A stretch of DNA of 64,000 bases from Haliotis cracherodii (taxonomy: Eukaryota), in the NCBI RefSeq assembly GCF_022045235.1, contig NW_027266271.1, forward strand, positions 14,012,001-14,076,000, given 5' to 3'. The notes under the pieces are model-generated. The model had not been told where the DNA came from and searched no databases. It saw only the letters and a list, made by a program, of their open reading frames with translations. Every line of letters starts with the position of its first letter. The stretch's first letter is position 1. Shown here piece after piece: positions 1-11,028 of the stretch. The translations under genes and the position numbers were made by a program.

Positions 1-438
1 CATTTCGCATGAAAATATGAAAAAACGTACGAACGTAGAGACATTTTCAATTTAAGAATACCAAAATTTGGGCTACCATGTTGGTATCAACAAGTATATG
101 TATCGATTTGCAAAACCCACAAGACTACGACGATGGATGATAGAATAATGGATAAAAACTAATGTTCTCTACTAATAAGTATGATCAAAACGTAGCAGTC
201 TTTCTACATGTATGTAGACCAGTTGTCATCCCCTCCGGAAATTCTGTTTATAAGAACAAAATTAAGATTGAGCCGGGAGTAGACCTTAAATGGAAGTTTC
301 ATGAACATCGATGGTGGTACTTGTACAAAGATTTGACCCCCTGTCAAAAGAAGTTAACTACGGCCTTGACTGCAGACCTACTTTCGCATTAGTTTAATCG
401 GTACGTCACATTCATGAACATATGCAATATTATTAAGT

Positions 439-1035
439 ACATGTACTGACATTTTGAAGTTACCTTCCACTCTTTACAATTCAACTTTTACATCCAACAC
501 ATTCCCGAAAGGAAAACCCAAAGACATTAATATATGGTACTTATCGTTACCCTGCCTGACGCTCAGCATTAATTTTGTTTTGTTTATTTGTTGTTTAATG
601 CCGCAATCGGGAATATTGCAGCTATATGACGGTGGTCTGTAAATAATGATTTTACGCTGCTTTTATAAATATTCCAACAGTTTCTCGGCAGGGAACACCA
701 GAAATGGGCTTCACACATTGTACCCATGTCGGGAATCGAACCCAGGCCTTCAGCGCGACAAGCGAACACTTTAACCGCTAGACCACCGCCTGTCAATGAG
801 TCTGGACACATGTACTGACATTTTGAAGTTACCTTCCACTCTTTACAATTCAACTTTTACATACAACACATCACACGCATTACCGAAAGGAAAACCAAAA
901 GACATTAATAAATGGTACTTATCGTTACCCTGCCTGACGCTCAGCATTAAATTTGTTTTGTTTATTTGTTGTTAACCGCCGCAATCAGCACTATTCCAGC
1001 TATATGACGGTGGTCTGTAAAAAAATGAATCTGGA
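439..1035 (+). repeat. Local direct duplication (units start at 439 and 808)
   Basis: ACATGTACTGACATTTTGAAGTTACCTTCCACTC...GGTGGTCTGTAAA occurs twice; the first unit contains an extra SINE. Confidence 0.85.
650..790 (-). mobile_element. tRNA-derived SINE, family A
   Basis: Same body as 28228-28394 (ACACCAGAAATGGGCTTCACACATTGTACCCATG); B box on minus strand. Confidence 0.85.
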
Positions 1036-1425
1036 CCAGACAATCCAGTGATTGACATCATCCACTCAATGACATGCATCAACCAATGAAAGTCAGTGAG
1101 TCTGACCACCTGATCCCGCTAGTCGCCTCTTCCGACAAGCATAGTCGCCATGTACGGCAAGCATGGGTTGCTGAAGACCTATTGTACCCCGGATCTTCAT
1201 GGGTCGCTTGGCATTAATTGGATAAAACACGGCCTGGTCTGCTCGGAGTCAGTATACTGTGTCTGAGAGGGGTTTTCATGTTAAACCGTGGCATGGTATC
1301 TCAGTGTAATGACATTATAAAATCGGCTTTAGTCTGGATCAGTACAAGTATAGACTCAAGCACGCACGCACTCACGCACAGACAAGCACGCACTCACGCA
1401 CAGACAAGCACGCACATACGCGCAC
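895..1425 (+). mobile_element. SINE family D (Meta-SINE-like body) interrupted by a family B element
   Basis: CCAAAAGAC...ATGGTACT...TGCCTGACGCTCAGCATTAA, resuming at GCATTAA...GCTCGGAGTCAGTATACT; similar to 22409-22555; ends in a (GCAC)n tail. Confidence 0.6.
951..1204 (-). mobile_element. SINE-like retroposon family B (structured non-tRNA head)
   Basis: Reverse complement of the 4511-4765 family; flanked by imperfect 13-bp TSD CGCTCAGCATTAA/CGCTTGGCATTAA. Confidence 0.8.
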
Positions 1426-2698
1426 GTCGCTGTATAGGTGTATTAATTTTGAACGCTCACTTTGTTTAAGCTCAATTCAGGGCGTTTTACATGTACCGGG
1501 TGTAAATAGTTTCACCTATATTTAATTAACAATGAACATACACCAACATACCTATCTAAATCAATAGCTGTTGAAAACAAATAGAATTATCCGAATTGAC
1601 AAAGGAGTGGAAGTGTGTGCCGCAAAATGAGAAACGGTTGAGAAACTTTTTTCGGACTTAGCTTGAAACATACTCACCATTATGATACATGGATAATGTT
1701 ATTGATGCGAGAAGCCAGTCCGATAAACTTGGTATCTCGATACGATAAATATGCAAAATTGTCACCAAATACCAAACACTTTTAATCTCCATGCATCAAT
1801 GCCTTGTCCACTTGCTCAGTAAACTACTGAATTACGTTCTCAATAAGTGTTTCCTAATATGCAGGCGATTATGTAGAAAATCATTTGGCACTATAAGATA
1901 AATGGGCGGTTCACTCACAAAATGTATTCATATCCAGTTTCTGAAGTAACAGTTACTTCATTGAACGAAATTACGTCTTAAACATTGAAAACTGGTTATT
2001 TTAAGAATGACATTATATGATAAAGAAAATATTACCCTCATGTATTTCCATATCGTAAATATCAAAATGTAAGTATCATAGATATGTGAGGCAGCAATAG
2101 TCTTGCATAATGCAGAAACACTCACTCACTCAGCTAAACATCTCTATTTACCAGAGGCATTAACGTTATAACAGTTAAGCAAATCCCAAATCTTGAGAAT
2201 ATCTTGTTCCAACCTTTCTCACAGATTCCAACCGCAAAGACGCATTCGGCAAAAGGGTTCGAGTCAAAATACAAATGTAAAAGTCCACATTTTATTTCCG
2301 TCAATAATGATCGATAGCGATCTTCGCGTGGTTGCGGCAAAACAAGGTATAATGACATCCGCATATGTACTTTATTACCATATATTTGTGTTATTATTGA
2401 ATCGCACGTAGCAAATTAAAAAAAAACATTTGTTAAGAAACGTGTCTTATTATATTTAATATATATCCAACAAATGGAACCGACATAAATGAGAGAGCTA
2501 ATACCTATCTTTAAAAGAAATTAAATAATGGCATTCAATCTGACCTTGATTTATGGTAACACAATATATTTTCATAATATTATAATACAATGATTTGTAA
2601 AGGATCTATATTGTAACCGCATGAGAACTAGACAGGCTGCACGATAACACGGGACACGTTCTATGCATGTAAGTCTTTGAACATCGGATAAAGAGGAT

Positions 2699-2895
2699 TG
2701 AGTGAGTGGGTGAGTTTTAACAATATTGCAGTTATATCACAGCGTGTCAGTTTCATGTAGGAGGAAAGCCCGAAGTGATGCAGGTCTCAGACGTTTACCA
2801 CCAGGAGCACGGATGTGGTTTCTGGCGTGCCGAAGGGACGCATCTCTGCACAGCGAATCGGGGCGCCTTAGGCGACTGGGCCACCCGTGCCCCCC
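2699..2895 (-). mobile_element. SINE family C, internally deleted
   Basis: Homologous to 8607-8828 and 12852-13125; (GAGT)n tail. Confidence 0.75.
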
Positions 2896-4510
2896 AGAGG
2901 ATTGAGTGTTGGGTGAGGTGACCATATTATTCAAAGCAATTACAGAGTAATTTGAAACATTTACCATGGGTGTTGGAGAGAATCGTTATATGTTATCTTC
3001 GTATATTTACCATATATTGCGGATATGTATGGTATAAGTTTTGATCGGTCAAGCATGTTTTTTGTAGTTCGACCATAATTCACAATGCTCACGTGTAAAA
3101 GATTCTCATTTACTCATACATAACTGACGAGTGAACTACTGTTTCTCTGTTGCTATTGCAATTTCTCAGGTTGCGTTTCGAGCGTATTATCAGATTCACA
3201 AAATATTCAAATGTAGATATGAAGGTAATTCATGTTGCGAATAATTTACAGTATGTGAGTATGATGTGCGGGTTGTGTTGATGCAGTAATATGTGATAAG
3301 TAATTACTTTTGTGATATTGTGGATTATCTTTGGGGCTAAGTACAACATCACGGATGTTATTAGATCAATGATGATACGTTGTATCCCGGAACTGATACG
3401 TCATATGCAGATCTGTTACATCTGATAATTCACCCGATAGCCTGATATAGTGGACCAGATGGGATTCGTGGGTGGGTGTGGTCCCCAGTCACGTAAGCTT
3501 GTCGTTATAGTCAACTATAATGGATTAGATGGTTAGGTTCGGTGACACGGTTGGTGTCATCGCGTTCCTCAAATCAATGGTTTATTTGGCCTATTGATGT
3601 AGCTGAAATATTGCTGACTGTGCCATTCAACAACATTTACGCAAGGGAATGCATATAAACCAGCAAATGAATTTAGAGAAAACCAAGAAGTGAAATACCT
3701 ATCCATAGTCAGTCGAAGTTCGTGACCTCACAATGAAAATTGAGCAGAAACGTTTGCGCATCGGTTTCCAAATTGATATACTGTAATCTGCTTTGTCTTC
3801 AATACACTTGCTTCAGCGATGTTTTAGCTTGTTATCTCTGCCATATGGAATTCTTCCGAAAAGGGCCTCGACGGCGACAATCTACTTATCGTAATGATAA
3901 AAACACTACCACGCAGGTGTGATTAATATTTGAGTTTAGGGAAGTGGTAAAAGAGGGTGCCAGGTCAGGCGAGTGAGGCACATGGAAATAATTCAAAGCC
4001 ACAAATTCTACCCCAGAAACTGACGACATCCGCTTGTACTTCTTTGTTAGGACGTTTCCAATTTTGACTCTGGATGAACAGATGTTTCATTCTGGGTTAG
4101 AATTCGTATCAAACATATATTTCAGGATTCTGCTGATAGTTGGTCGAAACGTTGAGTTGGTCAACATTCTCGGTACCCATCAGACAGAGAGATTGATCAT
4201 GTCGAATTGCAGTTTTGGAGGACTGTACTCTTAACCTTAACACGTTGGTCCGTTAAAACCATGCGGTAGACACTTGCCTGTGACGAGCAGCCACCCCAAA
4301 GTGTGCTTGTGATATCTTAGTGGATTTGCTTTGTTTATATGCCTTTTGTATGCAGGTGATTCGTCACAGTAGGTTTCTAAGTTTTCTTCATGTTTGCAGT
4401 TTCATCAACCCCTGTCAAGTTCTCCAGCTGAGTGCGCGAAAACAGATGCAGTAATGCGCCCGCATCTTGTACTTTCATCCTTGTATGAAACCACCCCCAA
4501 ACCTTTACCC

Positions 4511-4765
4511 ACCCGTAAAGATCCGGGTTAGAATACTTCAGCAACCCTTGCTTTCCTGAAAAGCGAGTATGCTTGTCGTAAGAGGCGACTAACGGGATCG
4601 GGTGGTCAGGCTCGCTGACTTGGTTGATGCATATATCGTATCCCTATTGCGTGGATCGATGCTCATGATGTCAATCATTGGGTTATCTGGTCCTGACTCG
4701 ATTATTCACAGACCGCCGTCATATAGCTGGAATATTGCTGAGTGCGGCGTTAAATAACCAACCGA
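4511..4765 (+). mobile_element. SINE-like family B
   Basis: CCGTAAAGATCCGGGTTAGAA...GCTTGTCGTAAGAGGCGACTAACGGGATC...GCTGGAATATTGCTGAGTGCGGCGTTAAA. Confidence 0.85.
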
Positions 4766-4942
4766 ACCTTTACTCTCGTAGCAGGAACACACAGTTGCAA
4801 TGGCAAAGGCTTCCAGAACAAGTAATGGTTGAGTTACAGTTGCCGAATTCATATTTATGCAGAACACGTTTCTGTTAAACATATTACTAACTAGACTGAT
4901 CACTCAATAGTGTTCATTTGATCAGTCAAACCCATTCCCAAA

Positions 4943-5135
4943 TCCGTGCAGATCCGGGGGAGGTTGTCTTCAGCAACCGATACTTGTAGCAGGCAACTAA
5001 CGGGATCGGGAGGTCGAATTGCGGACTTGGTGGCATGTCATCGTATCGGGTCCTGACTCGATAATTTAAAGACCGACGTCATACGGCTGGAATATTGTTA
5101 AGTGCGTCGTTAAACAAGAGACTAACAAACAAACA
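4943..5135 (+). mobile_element. SINE-like family B, degenerate
   Basis: Same head and tail motifs. Confidence 0.75.
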
Positions 5136-5379
5136 TTCATATCAGACATTGGAAATAATAATATTATACTAATATTTACTCAGTGTGTGTTGATGTTGTA
5201 ATTGGTCATTGTCGCGCAACTGATAAGTTTTATTTTATTTTTCTTTGGTAATTAACTATGTGTTTATAAGACAAAAGCTTCAGTTGCCCTTCGGTGTTCA
5301 GCTTGTTTGACACAAACACAAATTATCCTGACTTAAACGCATGCCTTGTTTTTGTGTAAAGTTTATGTGTTGAAACATC

Positions 5380-5605
5380 TCGTGAAGATCCGACTTAGAA
5401 CTGGTCTTCAGCTGCACATGCTTGTCGTAAGAGGCGACTTGCGGCATTGAAAGGGTGATAAGACTCACTGACTTGGTTGATGCATGTCATCGTATCCCAA
5501 TGCCGTAGATCGATCCTCATGATTTCAATCACTGGATTGACCTGTCGAGACACGACTATTTATAGACCGCCGTCATTAGGCTGGAAAATTAAACAAGTAA
5601 CAAAT
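5380..5605 (+). mobile_element. SINE-like family B
   Basis: CGTGAAGATCCG...GGTCTTCAGC...CTTGTCGTAAGAGGCGAC. Confidence 0.8.
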
Positions 5606-6081
5606 AATGATAATAATCATCTGGGAATCGATCCCACGATCATCGGATCCGGGTACACCTAAGGGACGCTACTCCACATGGTGAACTGCGACAACTTATT
5701 CAACCATGACCCCAAGTCCATTACTCATATAATGATAAACTGCACAATACGGATATGTTGATGCTAACCAGAATCTTTTCTCGTTCTGAGAACAAGGACA
5801 CCCATCAACGTAAGGCTCTACCGATAATAAAGTTATCGATTATTGTGACTTTTCATGTTGTGTGTTTAATATTTATGGTTCTACATAACAGCAACGAAAC
5901 GGGCTTGTCGTTGGCATGAAATTAACTTATTAAAATTTGATAAGAATGTCTATTAATTATTAATGATTCCCATAGCAATATACCATACACGACGAGTACA
6001 TGAAACTATATATGGCCATTAATGTCAACTAGTTTTTTACCTTAGAGTTATGACTGTGAAGGAAATAGTTATCGTATAATA

Positions 6082-7008
6082 CGAGGGTTGATTGAAACGT
6101 TCTGAGACTCACGTAGAACGACTTCACCTTAAGATATTAAAATGGTTTATTTTTCACCATAATCCCCTTCCACGTTGATACTCTTTACAAACGAAGTTGG
6201 AGGTTTTTCCCCAGTTTCGAAGAAGTCCTTCTCTTGGTTGTCCAAACGTTCTCCACAACTGCAATGTCGACGTCGTGCGAGTTGAAATAGGTTCCGACTA
6301 GAGCGTGCTACATGTTTGGGAACAGATGGAAGTTTGACGGAGCCAGATCAGGAGAATAAGGTGAGTTTTGGATGATTTCAAATCATCACTGAAGGATTGT
6401 ATCCAAGGTAATAGCTGATTTCTGCACTGGTGCCTTGTTGTGATAGAGGAGCACACCTAACATCAGGTTACCATGTCTCTTAGTCTTAATATTATTCCGC
6501 AAATGCCTCAAAAGTGTAGCATACGATGCCCAGGTTTCATTCATAGTCACAAATCGTTGCAAGAACCTTTCTGGAACAGTTTCAGTCAGGTAGATTATCA
6601 CGACAAATGTAAAATGGAATGTACACTCTCTTGGTAAATGCTTTCTGAAATAGCAATATGATACTCAGCCATCACCATATTGTGGATTCTCTGTGTTATT
6701 TCTGGTGTTCTGGCCGTCATCGAAGGCTCTCCTTGAGAACTTAAACTCTGCCAACTTCTTTAAGGTGGCATAGGAAGGAGCATCCTTCCAGTCTGTTGTA
6801 CTTTTCATGTAAAGCCATTTTAATGGAAGTATTTTATCACTGCAAGTTCTTCAAGTGTGTCCATTTTCCAAAGGTCACAGACCACTCCTTGTTTTAGTGA
6901 CTTAGCACAGAAACTATCTTCTCAGTTGACTCAAGGTTTTGTGCATGTACCTCAATGACATCATGTAATGTCGACAAGAAAATTTGTGAGGCTCAGAATT
7001 TATCAATC
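6082..7008 (-). mobile_element. Decayed mariner DNA transposon
   Basis: TA then TIR CGAGGGTTGATTGAAACGTTCTGAGACTCAC, with partner GTGAGGCTCAGAATTTATCAATC at ~6986. Minus-strand remnants FVTMNETW, HNKAPVQKS, PYSPDLAPSNFHLFP. Confidence 0.9.
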
Positions 7009-7463
7009 GCGAAGTGGTAACAACTCAAGATCTGGAAAAAAGTAATCAGTTGGAATATACAGTCAACTTAGAATTGCCAGCAGGGAAATACGTATGTATC
7101 TGATCATGTGAGGTATTAATAATATTATATTTTACGTACAAGTTTATCTTAGACTGGCTTTGCTCGTCTTTTTGTTCAGGAAAATCTTTTCAGTCAGATG
7201 AAGATTACATTTGTAATTCTGTAATATTATGTTCTTGACGAATGTTCCTGTGCATAGTGTTAATATGCCAAATCAGCTGTAGTTTAAAAGATGTTGTTGT
7301 GGTTTTAGATTGTGCAAAATGTAGTGCCTCATTTTGTATTTTTATTTTACATGTATGTACTATAATTCAGTTATTGTATTTTTGCAAGAAAAATATATAT
7401 GTATGATAATTAATTTTGTTTGGTTTACAAGCTTATTTACAGCTAATCATTCTTTGGTATTGG

Positions 7464-7651
7464 NNNNNNNNNNNNNNNNNNNNNNNNNNNNNNNNNNNNN
7501 NNNNNNNNNNNNNNNNNNNNNNNNNNNNNNNNNNNNNNNNNNNNNNNNNNNNNNNNNNNNNNNNNNNNNNNNNNNNNNNNNNNNNNNNNNNNNNNNNNNN
7601 NNNNNNNNNNNNNNNNNNNNNNNNNNNNNNNNNNNNNNNNNNNNNNNNNNN
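7464..7651. other. Assembly gap (188 N)
   Basis: Run of N. Confidence 1.
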
Positions 7652-7818
7652 NGTCCAGTTTTGATCTTGTTACAAAATTTAATCCTTTTGTGCGCACATA
7701 TCCTTCGCCGCTCAACGGCTCTTGAACTCCTGAGGTGTTGAGCGGCGAGATATCTTGTATGTGTTTTTATGTATTAATATTTAATTTAAACACCCAAAGA
7801 AATCACTTGTAATGTTAC

Positions 7819-7870
7819 ATTGTAGACCATGGACCATATATATATATATATATGGTCCATGGTCTACAAT
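7819..7870. repeat. Perfect 52-bp palindrome with (TA)n core
   Basis: ATTGTAGACCATGGACCA(TA)nTGGTCCATGGTCTACAAT. Confidence 0.95.
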
Positions 7871-8606
7871 CTTGAGATCGATGTTAACCAATGTTCGATC
7901 GTGTATACCTGGTAAGGACGGAGCCACTGATTTGTTTGATTGCCATATTTGTTTGAGGTCAATTCAGGCAAATTCTGCTGAAAAAATGCCAATGCGATTT
8001 TGAAAAAGGTAAACATGGGGTCCAATTATTCGATCATCTATTAGAAACATAACTGTTTCTATTTGTTGCAAAAATGAAAACAATATACATTTGTTGAATA
8101 TATATTCACAATGAAACCGAACTGTGATAAGATCAGCCTATATAATAACATGTTTGATGGTGCCAGAATGAAGCAACGGTCAAGAAAAGATGAAACAAAA
8201 TGACCTGTGAGTAATAGAGAAACTAGGACTATAATGTAGGACGAGGGTAAATTCCATTTTCTACTGATTCCTCACCATGACAACTTGTTATTAATTGCGT
8301 TACTTATCTCTTGTGAGTAAAAAAAGTATTAATTGAGCTCATGGAATGTATAAAGAATCCGATGAAAATCATAATTTCCATGCCCTTTTGCTTTATAAAG
8401 ACACAAATAATATGTATTCACTGTAACATTGTTTTAACAAAATGTTATTTGTATAGGGGTCGGTGATCGCAAGTCTAATAAGAATACCTGACCTGATAGT
8501 ACTGTCAAGGTTAAGGTGTATTCTCAATTATATATTCTCAAGTTACATATGTATTATTATTTACACATATATAATATTATACTCGACATAAAGTCTATGT
8601 CACTGT

Positions 8607-8828
8607 GGGGGCACGGGTGTCCCAGTCGGTGGTGCAGAGTTGCGTCCCCCCTTGGGCAGAAACCTTTGATTGTGGGTTCGAATTCCGGTTCGCCCCGATT
8701 ATGTTTCTAGCTTTGTCAGCACCATACTCGTGCTTGTTGGTTTCACCATATTGGTAAACGTCTGAGATCTGCATCACTTCGGGCTTTCCTCCCACATTAA
8801 GCTGACCCAATTCACTCACTCACTCACT
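8607..8828 (+). mobile_element. tRNA-derived SINE family C (V-SINE-like motif)
   Basis: B box GGTTCGAATTCC, GGCTTTCCTCCCAC motif, (CACT)n tail, flanking TGTCAC repeats. Confidence 0.75.
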
Positions 8829-10064
8829 GTGTCACAGTAGAATAACAGTTATTTGAATCGAGACATAAACTTGATATAGAACTGAAGGTGTAAATAGTTT
8901 ACAGCATTATCATGACATCTTTACAATATTGCATACTTTTAGATTGAATTTCCAACATAGTTAATGTACAGTGTTCCCGTACAAGCACAATGTGTTCATC
9001 TTTGTCATGATAGGTACATGTAAATACACAACTCTTGAATCACATCAACAAGTCATTAAAGAGAGAATAACCAGTGGAAGCAGATTCCACTGGGCGTAAA
9101 AAGCGAAATAGCGTGGAAACTTATATGAATGGATCACAAAAATTCGACTGACATTATTTTCGAAAATGTTTTAATTAAACATAAATATATGTAATATGTC
9201 CCGAGTACAACGGCTTCTCTTATTAGTCCATCAGCACTCTGTAACTTAGCTTCTATTTATTTGTCTCTGTTATAGTTCACATGTACATGTATCTATATAA
9301 TTAGGCCGCTAGCAACAGGATATTTACAATGACTCGACACCATGTATATTTAAACACTGTCATCAGTGGAATGTATAATTGAGAAGCCGAATCAATATAT
9401 CGCCATTATACAACCCCCATATTTACAATGAGGAGTGTCAATGAGGAACTATACATTTGTTTTACTTAAAACTCCGAAAGACGTTCTCGTATGAATACAG
9501 GAAATGAGATATCTCTGCGTGCTATTGTAGGACTCTACTGCTCAAAATATGTCCACACAATATTAATAGATTAGAAAACAATAGTACATTGTCAAGGCTA
9601 TTTGTGACTAGAAACTGGGAACATATTTCAAGTCATCATTTCGTGATTGGTCCATGAGAACGGTTTGCAAGTACCATCGTATCATTATTGGGAAGGATAC
9701 TGGAAACTGTTGATATGTACCACCACATTCACAAGAACTGGGAAACAGTAACTGTTGCATGTATCATCGTTTCGTTGAGAAGGATATTTAGAAACACTTT
9801 GTGGGTACCATCATATTTTAGAGAAGTATGATAGCGTAAATATTGCAGGTGACATCGGTTTATCCAAACGAATGTTAAAGAACTTTGTCTAACTGCCAAC
9901 CTTCTTCTGGCTAATCTTCTGGCTAAGGCTTACAGGGAACGTGTTGCAGGTATCATCATATTGTCGAGAAGAATACCCTTGAACAGCCTGAAGATATCAT
10001 CGTATCGAGAAGGATACAAGGGGAAAGACTGATGGTGTCATTATATTGTCCAGAAGGATACATG

Positions 10065-10863
10065 GGAACAGGTTAACAGTAGCATTATATTGTCCATAGG
10101 CTACCGGAGAACTGGTTAACAGTATCATTATATTATCAAGAGGCTACTGGGGAACAGGTTAACAGTATCATTATATTATCCACAGGCTACTGGGGAACAG
10201 GTTAACAGTAGCATTATATTATCCACAGGCTATTGGGGAACAGGTTAACAGTAGCATTATATTATCCACAGGCTACTGGGGAACAGGTTAACAGTATCAT
10301 TATATTATCCACGGGCTACTGTGGAACAGGTTAACAGTATCATTATATTATCCAGAGGCTTCTTGGGCACAGGTTAACAGTATCATTATATTATCCAGAG
10401 GCTACTGTGGAACAGGTTAACAGTAGCATTATATTATCCACAGGCTATTGGGGAACAGGTTAACAGTATCATTATATTATCCACAGGCTACTGGGGAACA
10501 GGTTAACAGTATCATTATATTATCCACGGGCTACTGTGGAACAGATGAACAGTATCATTATATTATCCAGAGGCTTCTTGGGCACAGGTTAACAGTATCA
10601 TTATATTATCCAGAGGCTACTGTGGAACAGGTTAACAGTATCATTATATTATCCACAGGCTACTGGGGAACAGGTTAACAGTATCATTATATTATCCACA
10701 GGCTACCGTGGAACAGGTTAACAGTATCATTCTATTATCCACAGGCTACTGGGGAACAGGTTAACAGTATCATTATATTATCCAGAGGCTACTGGGGAAC
10801 AGGTTAACAGTATCAGTATATTATCCACAGGCTACTGGGGAACAGGTGAACAGTATCATTATA
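10065..10863 (+). repeat. 43-bp minisatellite, ~18 copies
   Basis: Unit GAACAGGTTAACAGTATCATTATATTATCCACAGGCTACTGGG; decayed copies extend back to ~9650. Confidence 0.97.
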
Positions 10864-10961
10864 TGGTGGTGAGGGATACCGAGAACTGTTTGCTGCAATC
10901 ACCTGCCATCTTGTATCTTCACGTTTGGTAAAAAAAGTTTTGGACAACAGTTTCTCGAACG

Positions 10962-11028
10962 ATGTCGACTTTCAGATGGAATATTTATTTCGTGGTCATG
11001 ACGACATTACCCGCAGTGTGTGATCTCG
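10962..11028 (+). CDS. Cadherin-like gene exon 1 (signal peptide)
   Basis: MSTFRWNIYFVVMTTLPAVCDL(G), followed by consensus donor GTAAGT; phase 1 joins exon 2 in frame. Confidence 0.72.

Noticed and set aside
7334-7741. ORFs spanning poly-X
   Set aside because: Artefacts of the N gap
10065-10863. CRISPR-like periodic array and ORF 10448-10678
   Set aside because: Units are contiguous with no unique spacers, the context is eukaryotic and there are no cas genes; the ORF is a by-product of the repeat
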